Position numbers and translations under genes: made by a program
Notes under the pieces: generated by a model
Database searches by the model: none
Seen by the model: the letters and a program-made list of their open reading frames with translations, nothing else
Told to the model about the DNA's origin: nothing
Source: Spizellomyces punctatus DAOM BR117
Taxonomy: Eukaryota
Length of the DNA stretch: 64,000 bases
Assembly (NCBI GenBank): GCA_000182565.2
Contig: KQ257459.1
Reading direction: 5' to 3' (one strand)
In this document: in pieces, positions 23,475-32,970 of the stretch
Layout of the letters: each line of letters opens with the position of its first letter
How positions within the stretch are numbered: the stretch's first letter is position 1

Positions 23475-26400
23475 TTACCAGGTCGGTACCGGATCTGTGG
23501 GGTCCGCTTCATCTGCATCTTGGTTCACGACCCAGATGATACTGGCACGGCCACCGACGTTGCAACAAAACCAGATTTGATCTGTTGCGGTACGAACGAT
23601 GGTACCCGGGGTCACGTCGGGGCCAGTTCTGGTTACGTAGAGGGCCGTAAAGGTCTCCGCGGCCCTTTTCAGGTTTGTCGCGCGGAAATGGTACTCCGCG
23701 TGCTCGTGATGTCGGGGTCTGGTGAGCCTTGCAGAGGCTTCCGCTGCGTTCGCCGTCCTTAGGAGCACCGTCCTAGCTGCTTCAATGACGGCGGACGCAA
23801 ACTCGTGGGCGTCGTCATTCGGCCAATCGGTGAACGGAGCCGTTTTTCGGCTTCCCGCCTCATGTTGGGGAACCCCGCGGTCGAGCCAAGCGGCGCACGG
23901 AGCTGGGCGCCCTCTTTTTCCGGGTTTTTTCGCGTCGGCAACTATTCCGACCGCTGCTTCACCACCATCGGTGGCCTTGCTGTAGGGGTCCGCGATGTGG
24001 TTTGTGAGGGGCTGGCCCACCGCGTAAGGTTTCGGAGCGTCGACTCCCAGCCAAAACTCATGCCCTGGAGTCTGCAGCGGCGCGTTGGGGTTGGTCCGAA
24101 GCTGATGAACCCAGGAGTGAACCCAGGTAGCGATCGCAACCCCAAGGCGATCCAGCACGCCCTCGGCCTCGAAGTCGCCCGAGTCTTCCTCCCAAGGGTA
24201 GCCGGACATGTACGTGGAGGGTACGCTCACTCCTGCTTGTCCTCTGAGATCGGTGTTCATTGTGTTAGAAATGGAAGTTTTAGTTTCGGTGTCGATAGAA
24301 GGGGTTTGCGAAGCAGAGTGAGTGTGTAAGGGAAGTAGGTCGTGGGCGGTTGAAGAAGAAAAAAGAGGGGGAGCGTGCAGGGGCGTCCTTTTAAGGTCGT
24401 CGCCGGCTGATTTTGACAGCTCGGACGCGCGTAAGCGTGATCGGGAGGCTTGGTGTGGCGTTCTCGACTGGTGAGGTAAGCCACGCGAAACTGGTTTTCT
24501 TTCTGGTGAGAGGGCGTGATTATCACGTGAGCTATCGTCCGGATAAACCGCGAAGCATTGGTGGTCGGAAGCATAAGCCGTATCTTCCGGGGCGTCGCCT
24601 GCAAGGCTGACTACCAAAGAGTCCTCTACTAGCGCGCTAGTGGGAGCTCTGGATCTCCAGTACTCTTCTAAGGCTTCGGAAGCCTCTGTTAGGGCTTCCT
24701 CTGGTTCCCAGGTATCCTCATGGGGTGGGTATCCGGACCAACGTATTCGAAATTGACGTTTTCCGCGCCTGGTTCGATGGTCTACTATCGCTTCCACTTC
24801 AAACTCGCCATCTGAAGCGTTGGAATCCTCCGCTTGTGCTTCCGCGACCTTTTCCTCAGTTTCGGCGTCGACAGGCTTCTGGTACGGACGTAATTTCGAT
24901 ATGTGAAACCATGGATGAAGTCGTCTCATCTTGTCTGGCAGTTTTAACTCGTAGTTGTCGCGGAGAGGGTTACAGTCGGTCACCGTGACTGGTCCCAGCC
25001 ATTTCGGAGCGATCTTGGACTCATACCCTGCTAGGTTTTTCGTGCTCAGAAGCACCTTATCTCCTCTCCGGAACTCCAAATGTCGTCGCGATAAATCGTA
25101 ATATCTTTTCTGCGAATCCTGGGCTTCGATCATCAGATCTCGGATAAGGATGTTTAGGTCGCCGAGGTGTTTACAGAGCTCCTCCGCATCTGCATTTCTG
25201 GTTTCTGACGGCCTTTCGACGATGTCCGCCAGTGGATTGTGGGGCTCATAGCCTAGGTCCATTCTGAATCGCGTCATTTTTGTCGCCTCGTGTACCGTAT
25301 CGTTGATAATGAATTCCGCAACCGGAAGAAAGGTGTCCCAGTCGTCTAATCGGGTGTTGACCATTGTGGTAAGGACCTGCAAGACCGTTGCGTTGTCTCT
25401 TTCTGATTGTCCATCACCTTGAGGGTGGTAGGCTGTGGTGAGCTCTTGATTAATCTTTAGGTTTTTGCAGACCTCCTGCCAAAATCGACTCGTAAATTTG
25501 GAGTCGCGGTCCGAGATAATGGTCTCCGGGATGCCGTGCAATGGGACGTAGCGCTCTATAAAGAGTTCCGCGACCTGAATAGCTGTCGCAGTGCTCTTGA
25601 GGGGCCATACGTGGATCCTCTTTGAGCATTTACATGCTATTAACCAAAAGGCGTCGTACCCTCTGGAAGTAAGTGGGAGCTTGGTTACGAAGTCAGTCGT
25701 GATGACTGTCCAGCGTCCCGGAGCTGGTGGTATGGGTTTCAGCAACCCCGGAATCAGTTGCGGTACCCTTTTTGAGCGTTGACAGGTTTCACATCCTGCG
25801 CAGTGTTTTCTGAAATCTTGTGCCATTTTCGGCCACCAGACTTGCGCTGCAGCTCTAGCGTAGGTTCTTTCGAATCCGAAGTGTCCTCCCCCCTCGTGAA
25901 AAAGCTTGCGCACCTCAGGGGTGCAAGCAGGGGGCACGTAAAGGCGCCAAAGGTCTTCGGAGACTGAAAAACGGTGCCACAGCAGGTTATCTGCACGTTG
26001 CCAGTCCTGAAGAAAGCGCGTGTCGGCGGTAGTGTACGTGTCGGGGCTGGTCTCCCATAGGAGCGTGCGGGCCTGTTGGGCTATGGGGTGGAGCTGGCCG
26101 GTGAGGCCAGCGCGGATGGCGGCAATGAGTGCAGGCTGTAAGGCCAGACGAAAGACGGCATCTGCCAGTGTCGAGGAAGGTGCGAGAGCAGCTGGTGTGG
26201 TGCGCAGCCATCGTCTTCCGCGTTTCGACACCCATATTTGGGTCGCGGTGGAGCAGAGTAGGGTTTCCGCTCCTAGTAGCCGTGAAAGTGTATCAGCGAC
26301 AATGTGAAAACGTCCTGGTTTGTGAACGATTGTCATCCATTCGGACCAGTAACTAAGATCGAGGGCCCAGCGGAGAAGCTTACGGTTCTCGCCTTTGTAT

Positions 26401-29400
26401 TTAGCGAGCCACAAAAGAGCTCGGTGATCAGTAATGACCGTGAAAGGCAGGCCTTCGAGGTATGGGCGGAGTTTTCCGAGGCCCCAAATGAGGCATCCGG
26501 CCTCGAGTTCGACGGGGGGGGCCTTCTTTTCCGAGGTGGTGGTGCCTCGGGAATGGTAGCACAGCGGGCGTTTAGAAGCATCCGGCTGTAACTGTTCGAG
26601 CGTGACATTAAACGCTGTGTAGGAAGCGTCACTGTGAAGGGTGTAGGGGAACCCTTTTCTGGGTGCCGCGAGCACTGGAGCTGTTGTCAGAGCCTGCTTG
26701 GCGGCTGCGAAGGCAGAGTTTCGGGAATCGGTCCATGAAACTTCACGCTTCGCGATAAATCTGCGCAGACCTTGGTCGGGGCGCTTGCGAGCAAGGCGTC
26801 CGACACAAAAGGGGTCAATGGGTAAGTCCGCCAGCGATGATTGGCGTAGATTGACCGCCGGTAGGTCTGAGGAGCTAGATTTCGGATGTTGCGAAACCTC
26901 AAATTGGGCTCCGGTGGCTGTGATTGTAGGGGCCACCGCCGTGTCGAGCATGGATGGTGAATTGAGCTTTTCAGCGCCTTTCTTCGGGTCAGCGCGACCC
27001 TTTTTAAGGTCTCGGTATTCGCGAACGCCCTCTTGGATAGCGTCTTGCAGGGGTCGGACGAGTTCCGCGTAGCGAGAAATGAATTGGGCGTAGAACCCTA
27101 GGAGACCCACGAATGACCATAGGTCACCTATGAATTTGGGTTGTGGCCAATCGACTATGGTTGCGACCTTGTCTGGATCGGTAGCGAGACCCTGAGAGGA
27201 GGCAACGAAACCGAGGGCCGTGAGCTGGTGAAAGAGCCATTGACACTTGTCGAGTCTTAGGGTGAGTTTGGCTCTGGAAAAGCGGTCGAGCCAGTCCGCG
27301 ATGGCGTCTAGGGCTTCCGCGGCTGTCTCCGCTCGTGTGTGGATATCGTCGACGAAGTTGTTGATATTTCGCCATTTGGAGGGACCCAAGGTGTCGTCCA
27401 TCACCCGACAGAAGTGCGAGGGGGCAGTCTTGGGTCCGAAGGGCATAAAGAGTGGTTCGTAGATGCCGTCATGGAGTCTGAGCGCGAGCCATTTGCGTAC
27501 CGACGCATCGGTGATGGCGATTTGGTAGAATCCTTTGTTTGCGTCACCTCCCGATATGTATCGGAATGGGACTGCGACGATCCAGTTCAGGATGTCGAGC
27601 ATGATGGGAAAGGGATATGGATCCCAGGCCATGCAGTCGTTGGCTCGGCGATAGTCGAAGGCTACGCGCGGGGGTTTGTCTGCATAGCGAATGATAACAG
27701 GATCGCTGGCGAAGGTTACTTCGGTGGTTCGTTTCCACCTCTGAAGCCCCATCATGGTGTCTCGCTCCGTCTCGAGGGCTGTCCGCTCCAACGGAGAGTA
27801 CGACCGTGGCCTCGAAAGGGGTGGCGGAGCCGAGATAAATCGAGGCGCATAAGGAATCTTGGTGTAGTTCCCTATGAGATGACCCTCATAGCTGAAGGCT
27901 TGATGGAAGTGTCGTAGAATGTTGATTAGGGCCCAGACCACGGGTTTGGGTCGCTTGAGATCGACGTGGAAACGTTCCGCGTCTTTTAATTGGGCTTCGA
28001 AGGCCCCTGGAGCCCTCTCCGTAGAGTCGAGGTTCCATTTGTTCCGAAGTGTCTGCCATTCTTCTTTGGAAATGTTCTCTTCGGGGTCCGCAACCGAATT
28101 ATGGGTCGCGGTGGACAGTTTGAGGCCTAACGGGACCGTTGAGCTAGCAGCGGTGGCCTCAAGAGGGTTTTCGATGAGAAAAGTTTGGGCTGCCACGCGC
28201 GTCTGTCCCGTGATTAACATGGTTAATCTAGACTTCTGAGCTTTGGCTTTGGTCAGCCGTGGCATTGACACATCCTTCATGAATTCACCCTGCTTGGTCT
28301 TGTATGGCGTGCCGCGCATGTGATCGGTGTCCAGCTCATCCGTTATGGAGCAGGGGATAAGGATGTCTGGATTCTTGAGCGTCACCGCGAAACTGGGTAA
28401 CGGGGGTTCCTGAACCAAGGTTTGGAGTTTCAAATGTCCCAAAACGTCGTTGGCTAGGATGATGAGAGGTTTCCCGTACGCGATGACCCGAAAGTAGGCG
28501 CGGAAAGTCAGGTATTCTCCGCCGCGGCCTCTGAGGGAAGTTTCGAGGCATACTGTCTTGGTAGATGAGATACGTCCACCAATGCCGTTGAAAGCCATCG
28601 TTTCCGCATCCTGCAAATCGGTTTCGGAGAACAGAAGGCCTTGGTACGTGTCGGAAATCAGAGACTCGCAGGCCCCTGTGTCTAGTACCACAGGTGCCCA
28701 GAGCTGCGCGATGACGGCTAGCGTCCAGCAAGGCTGCGTTTGGGTCTTAGTCTGGCTTTTGAGTACATCGCCTAAATCTACTGAGTAGAAGGCGTTGATA
28801 GAAGGCACCGCGATCTCGAAATGGGGCGCGATGTCGTTAATTGTTGCTTCCGTAGCCTTGATCACACTCTCAAAGTGTTCTCTAGTTTTGTCGTTTTGTG
28901 GTTTTGTTGTTTTATTCTGGCGAGCAACTTGTTCGATAGCCAGCATGACTATACGCGTCCGTTCGCTCTCTTCGTGTCTTTGGAGACGTGGATGGTCTTT
29001 AACGTGCCGAAATTTGGGGTTTCCGCGACGATAATAATAGTCTGAGCGAACGATATTGCCTGTCAGGAGAAATGCCACCAGTTGCAGGTTGGCGTACGCA
29101 TCAAAGATAACAGGATCTTCAGAGCTCCACATCAAGAATTTCTCGCGCTCGTCGAGCTTTATCCAGGCAAGGAGAATCAAACGAGGGGTACCGTCTTCTC
29201 GGACCTTTCGCAGGATTCGATCCTTGTCAGCTTCGGCTGCGGCAGCGATGTAGAGGTGGTGGGAACTCCACGCGACTGCGTAGGGGTCGTTCCCGAGGTG
29301 CCCGGCGCCTCGCTTCGGTTCTTTGGCGAAGAAGCTGAGCGCGCGGGGGTTGTTGCCCATCATCAGAGCCACTTGCGGGGTGCCCCAGATGATGGCTATG

Positions 29401-30953
29401 TTGTCCCAGACTCGGTCCCAGCCCTGCGTGGGCGTGCGGGGGTCCTCTTCCTTGGTCACCGTGACCTTGGAAAGAGGTGCGGTCATCAAAATTGTTGATT
29501 CCGAGTGCTTGGGTGAATGAAAGAACCCGATGGTGTGGAATCCTTGATTAGCGGCTTCCGTTCTTTCCAGTTCCGAAGCCGAAAAAAGAGTCTCGGTGGT
29601 AGCGGACGTCGAGTCCAGCTCCACTATGTACGCCTTCTTCGATTCCTGTTTGGGTTTCCAACCTGAGGGCATGGGTGCTCCATATGGTCCTTTCTTTCCA
29701 TCTTCAGGATCTTTTCGGTTCGGGTTCTGCCAGCAGAAAACATTCCAATGCTTTTTCTGACAGAATTTGCAGGGTGCCGGTGGTTCCTTGTTGGGGTCCG
29801 GAACCATCTTCTGAGGACCATCGCGACCCTTTTCGGGGTTTCCGGTTTTATGCGGAGCCGTCTGCTTAGGGCCTTTGTCGGTTCCGGTCTTTTGTGACTT
29901 CTTCTGAGCTTCTGCAGCACCGCTGTAGCAAGGGTCTCGTTTTCTGGTGTCATCAGAGCCGAAATAAAGGCGCAGGAAGTCTTTTAATTTGGTCAGGTTC
30001 GTGACGTTACAGGATTTGACCATGATTTGGATGTCGCTGGGCAATTGTTCGACTATTAGGTCGAAATGCTGGTCAGCGGGACATTCTATGTTTGCCCGGT
30101 CGCCATAAGCGAGGCGCCGGAGATGAGTTTTGTGGTCGATGAACGCGAGAAAGCTGCGAAATTCTTTGGGGTTCGCATGGCAGCGCACATATTCGGTTTT
30201 GCGCTTGGACTCGGTTAGGGGATCTCGGAACTCTCGAAGCAGTTCCTCTTTCCACCTTTTCCAGGTCCATGAGCGAGTTTCCTGGGCTTCCAGAGTGTAA
30301 AACCAAGCGTCAGCAGGGGTTTTCTCGGCTATCATGGCTGGTAGGAGCTGTACCATCCTGGCATCCGACGTTGCGCTAACGTTTTGAAGAAGTTGGACTT
30401 TGTTAAGCCATTCTTCAACGTCTTGGTTTCTTCTGCCCGTAAACTCGGGTACGTCCTTTGCTTTCAAGGAATCGACCTTGGTGTCGCTGGCCCACGGGGC
30501 CGCTGGCACTTGGATTGGAGGCACCGCACCTGAAAAACTTGGTTCGGTACGCTCCCTTGGTGTGTCCGCCGTTTCCCACGGGGTTGCGGACCGTTCTCTT
30601 GTAGCTCGTGCTATGGGAGGTTGTTCAGGCAGCGGGCGATGTGCTAGGGCTTCTAAGGCTCGTGCGAGGCGCTCATCCGCCGCTGTCTGACGTTCGGAAA
30701 GCCTATGAAGCTGTTCCGTAAGGTTTTGAGTTGCCAACTGCGTTGCAGCAGTCGAGCGGGCAATGTCTTCTTTTAACGCTGCCACTTCAGAGGCCATCGT
30801 GGCCAAGTTAGGGGCTTCCGGTTCGACGGAAGTGGTCCCTGAACGCCTTGGGCGTGTTGCGGGAGGGACTTCGACGTCCTCCGCAGGACCCTGACTACGA
30901 GTCTGGATCACAGGTGAGCGGCCTCGCGTTGGTGAGCGTTCGACCGGCATCAT
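23475..30953 (-). CDS. Gag-Pol polyprotein (gag, Zn knuckle, PR, RT, RNase H, IN, chromodomain, extra domains)
   Basis: Uninterrupted ORF; CKFCQKKHWNVFC, LDTGA, FVDD, SDAS, GGHFG..CETC, TTDFVTKLP, SDRDSKF, FEVEAIVDHR..RWSGYPPHEDTWEPEEAL; first ATG 30953. Confidence 0.95.
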   Translation of the reverse strand: MMPVERSPTRGRSPVIQTRSQGPAEDVEVPPATRPRRSGTTSVEPEAPNLATMASEVAALKEDIARSTAATQLATQNLTEQLHRLSERQTAADERLARALEALAHRPLPEQPPIARATRERSATPWETADTPRERTEPSFSGAVPPIQVPAAPWASDTKVDSLKAKDVPEFTGRRNQDVEEWLNKVQLLQNVSATSDARMVQLLPAMIAEKTPADAWFYTLEAQETRSWTWKRWKEELLREFRDPLTESKRKTEYVRCHANPKEFRSFLAFIDHKTHLRRLAYGDRANIECPADQHFDLIVEQLPSDIQIMVKSCNVTNLTKLKDFLRLYFGSDDTRKRDPCYSGAAEAQKKSQKTGTDKGPKQTAPHKTGNPEKGRDGPQKMVPDPNKEPPAPCKFCQKKHWNVFCWQNPNRKDPEDGKKGPYGAPMPSGWKPKQESKKAYIVELDSTSATTETLFSASELERTEAANQGFHTIGFFHSPKHSESTILMTAPLSKVTVTKEEDPRTPTQGWDRVWDNIAIIWGTPQVALMMGNNPRALSFFAKEPKRGAGHLGNDPYAVAWSSHHLYIAAAAEADKDRILRKVREDGTPRLILLAWIKLDEREKFLMWSSEDPVIFDAYANLQLVAFLLTGNIVRSDYYYRRGNPKFRHVKDHPRLQRHEESERTRIVMLAIEQVARQNKTTKPQNDKTREHFESVIKATEATINDIAPHFEIAVPSINAFYSVDLGDVLKSQTKTQTQPCWTLAVIAQLWAPVVLDTGACESLISDTYQGLLFSETDLQDAETMAFNGIGGRISSTKTVCLETSLRGRGGEYLTFRAYFRVIAYGKPLIILANDVLGHLKLQTLVQEPPLPSFAVTLKNPDILIPCSITDELDTDHMRGTPYKTKQGEFMKDVSMPRLTKAKAQKSRLTMLITGQTRVAAQTFLIENPLEATAASSTVPLGLKLSTATHNSVADPEENISKEEWQTLRNKWNLDSTERAPGAFEAQLKDAERFHVDLKRPKPVVWALINILRHFHQAFSYEGHLIGNYTKIPYAPRFISAPPPLSRPRSYSPLERTALETERDTMMGLQRWKRTTEVTFASDPVIIRYADKPPRVAFDYRRANDCMAWDPYPFPIMLDILNWIVAVPFRYISGGDANKGFYQIAITDASVRKWLALRLHDGIYEPLFMPFGPKTAPSHFCRVMDDTLGPSKWRNINNFVDDIHTRAETAAEALDAIADWLDRFSRAKLTLRLDKCQWLFHQLTALGFVASSQGLATDPDKVATIVDWPQPKFIGDLWSFVGLLGFYAQFISRYAELVRPLQDAIQEGVREYRDLKKGRADPKKGAEKLNSPSMLDTAVAPTITATGAQFEVSQHPKSSSSDLPAVNLRQSSLADLPIDPFCVGRLARKRPDQGLRRFIAKREVSWTDSRNSAFAAAKQALTTAPVLAAPRKGFPYTLHSDASYTAFNVTLEQLQPDASKRPLCYHSRGTTTSEKKAPPVELEAGCLIWGLGKLRPYLEGLPFTVITDHRALLWLAKYKGENRKLLRWALDLSYWSEWMTIVHKPGRFHIVADTLSRLLGAETLLCSTATQIWVSKRGRRWLRTTPAALAPSSTLADAVFRLALQPALIAAIRAGLTGQLHPIAQQARTLLWETSPDTYTTADTRFLQDWQRADNLLWHRFSVSEDLWRLYVPPACTPEVRKLFHEGGGHFGFERTYARAAAQVWWPKMAQDFRKHCAGCETCQRSKRVPQLIPGLLKPIPPAPGRWTVITTDFVTKLPLTSRGYDAFWLIACKCSKRIHVWPLKSTATAIQVAELFIERYVPLHGIPETIISDRDSKFTSRFWQEVCKNLKINQELTTAYHPQGDGQSERDNATVLQVLTTMVNTRLDDWDTFLPVAEFIINDTVHEATKMTRFRMDLGYEPHNPLADIVERPSETRNADAEELCKHLGDLNILIRDLMIEAQDSQKRYYDLSRRHLEFRRGDKVLLSTKNLAGYESKIAPKWLGPVTVTDCNPLRDNYELKLPDKMRRLHPWFHISKLRPYQKPVDAETEEKVAEAQAEDSNASDGEFEVEAIVDHRTRRGKRQFRIRWSGYPPHEDTWEPEEALTEASEALEEYWRSRAPTSALVEDSLVVSLAGDAPEDTAYASDHQCFAVYPDDSSRDNHALSPERKPVSRGLPHQSRTPHQASRSRLRASELSKSAGDDLKRTPLHAPPLFSSSTAHDLLPLHTHSASQTPSIDTETKTSISNTMNTDLRGQAGVSVPSTYMSGYPWEEDSGDFEAEGVLDRLGVAIATWVHSWVHQLRTNPNAPLQTPGHEFWLGVDAPKPYAVGQPLTNHIADPYSKATDGGEAAVGIVADAKKPGKRGRPAPCAAWLDRGVPQHEAGSRKTAPFTDWPNDDAHEFASAVIEAARTVLLRTANAAEASARLTRPRHHEHAEYHFRATNLKRAAETFTALYVTRTGPDVTPGTIVRTATDQIWFCCNVGGRASIIWVVNQDADEADPTDPVPTW

Positions 30954-31097
30954 TCTCGGTTTCGTGAAGTTCTGTCTCCGAAACGAGAGAAAAGGTTTCC
31001 GAGTAGCTACCTGAGCGGATCTCGGTTTGCGCAAGAGTTTCGGTACGACCGAATAAGGTTTTCAGCTGAATTTGAGAGGGGAAGGCGGTTCGTCGCG

Positions 31098-31108
31098 CTT
31101 CTCCACCA
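31098..31108 (-). promoter_or_regulatory. Primer-binding site TGGTGGAGAAG (tRNA-Ala-like); second copy at 32357-32367
   Basis: Directly abuts the LTR; complementary to a tRNA 3' end ...TCTCCACCA. Confidence 0.75.
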
Positions 31109-31708
31109 TGTAACGGATTTTTTGTTGGTAGACTACAGTAAAGACAACTTGGGTCTCCTAGCAGGTTGTGTGGGTGTCCGTACTAGGAATCGTAGTCTCC
31201 AAATCCTTTCTTTGGGCGTCGGTAGCGACTTGGGGGCGAGAGGCAAGGAGAGTCGGTTAGTTGTGAACCGAGCAGGATTTAGAGGCTTCGGTACGGGTGA
31301 TCAGGCCGTTGAAGCGCTCTGTTAGGTTCCTGTTAACCTAAGATTGGAGTTGAGAAGCGAGTTATGGGGATTTTGTGTCGCTACGGCTTCTGCCCCCGAC
31401 TTATTTTATTGAATACATCCTTTTTATACAAGATTCTTGGATAAACTGTTAAACTAAACTAAACTAATGGGTGTCGCTGCACCGCAACTGATTTATTGGT
31501 GGCGGTACCGATCTCTTCCTTTTCCGCACTGGCTCGGGCCTCCACAGGTTGTACGAGGCACGCTGAAATCTAATGCGCCAATTGCCATTCTCCGAACCGG
31601 TTTTTTCGGTCGCGGTAACCCAATCGGTGGAGTTGGTCACGCGATTCGTGCTTCCCGCGTCCGATTTGGGCTTACTCGCGATCTCTCGAAGACGTCCTCG
31701 TCGTTACA
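31109..31708 (-). repeat. Internal LTR (LTR-B, 600 bp)
   Basis: Near-identical to LTR-A, with three private differences seen by eye. Confidence 0.95.
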
Positions 31709-31985
31709 GATATCTGTTCTTGATGGTGATCTTGTTCAGAGCCCTGTAGTCCACACACATCCTCAAAGACCCTTCTTTCTTCTTGACAAAGAGGATGGGT
31801 GCTCCAAATGGGCTCTTGGATGGTCTGATGTGGCCTGCCTCCAGAAGTTCTGAAAGCTGCTTCCTCAGTTCTTCTAACTCCAAAGAAGAGAGGTGGTAGG
31901 TTGGTCTCCAGGGGGTCTGGTTGGGGTCACTGAGTTCAATTCTGTGATCTACTGATCTCTCAGGGGGAAGTCCTGGGGGAATGTG
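31709..31985 (-). pseudogene. RT N-terminal fragment of a different Ty3/Gypsy element
   Basis: [70 protein letters not shown], truncated by LTR-B. Confidence 0.9.
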
Positions 31986-32182
31986 ACAGAATTCTTCTGT
32001 CAGTGCTATGGTTATACTGGTTAGATGTGGTTCCAAACTAGTGGTCACATGACTTTGCTGATGGTGTCAGCATTCATTTGACCAGAATTAGATAAATAAG
32101 CAGATTTAGCCATTTCTGGCTAAATTAGATGAGTATCCTGACACACTGGCATCTGCCCCTTTCAATCAAGTGGCACAGTGTA

Positions 32183-32318
32183 TTTAGGATGACTTGTCTC
32201 ACTTGTGATTGGCTATAAATGGTGCAATAGGCTGACAAATAGTTTAGGATGACATGTACAAGATCTGATTGGTTGCAAATGGTGCAATAGGCTGACAAAT
32301 AGTTTAGGATGACATGTA
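32183..32318. repeat. 60-bp tandem repeat, about 2.3 copies
   Basis: TTTAGGATGAC at 32183, 32243 and 32303; AAATGGTGCAATAGGCTGACAAATAG twice. Confidence 0.9.
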
Positions 32319-32367
32319 TGAGTTCTGAATTTGAGAGGGGAAGGCGGTTCGTCGCGCTTCTCCACCA

Positions 32368-32967
32368 TGTAACGGATTTTTTGTTGGTAGACTACGGTAA
32401 AGACAACTTGGGTCTCCTAGCAGGTTGTGTGGGTGTCCGTACTAGGAATCGTAGTCTCCAAATCCTTTCTTTGGGCGTCGGTAGCGACTTGAGGGCGAGA
32501 GGCAAGGAGAGTCGGTTAGTTGTGAACCGAGCAGGATTTAGAGGCTTCGGTACGGGTGATCAGGCCGTTGAAGCGCTCTGTTAGGTTCCTGTTAACCTAA
32601 GATTGGAGTTGAGAAGCGAGTTATGGGGATTTTTTTGTCGCTACGGCTTCTGCCCCCGACTTATTTTATTGAATACATCCTTTTTATACAAGATTCTTGG
32701 ATAAACTGTTAAACTAAACTAAACTAATGGGTGTCGCTGCACCGCAACTGATTTATTGGTGGCGGTACCGATCTCTTCCTTTTCCGCACTGGCTCGGGCC
32801 TCCACAGGTTGTACGAGGCACGCTGAAATCTAATGCGCCAATTGCCATTCTCCGAACCGGTTTTTTCGGTCGCGGTAACCCAATCGTGGAGTTGGTCACG
32901 CGATTCGTGCTTCCCGCGTCCGATTTGGGCTTACTCGCGATCTCTCGAAGACGTCCTCGTCGTTACA
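32368..32967 (-). repeat. 5' LTR (LTR-C, 600 bp)
   Basis: Matches LTR-A except for one missing G near 32886; followed on the minus strand by the PBS and leader (32325-32367 = 31066-31108). Confidence 0.95.
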
Positions 32968-32970
32968 ACT

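Larger units (their letters stand above)
22817..32967 (-). mobile_element. Ty3/Gypsy chromovirus LTR retrotransposon, three-LTR composite
   Basis: LTRs TGTAAC..GTTACA, PPT, two PBS, gag-pol ORF; flanked by ACT/ACT (possibly AACT with one A missing). Confidence 0.95.

Noticed and set aside
22830-23580. ORFs in the LTRs (MLVDYGKDN.., MGVAAPQL..), repeated three times
   Set aside because: Incidental frames in LTR sequence with differing ends and no motifs.
32183-32318. 60-bp repeats as a CRISPR-like array linked to Fanzor
   Set aside because: The units are tandem with similar intervening sequence and lie in DNA brought in by the retroelement.
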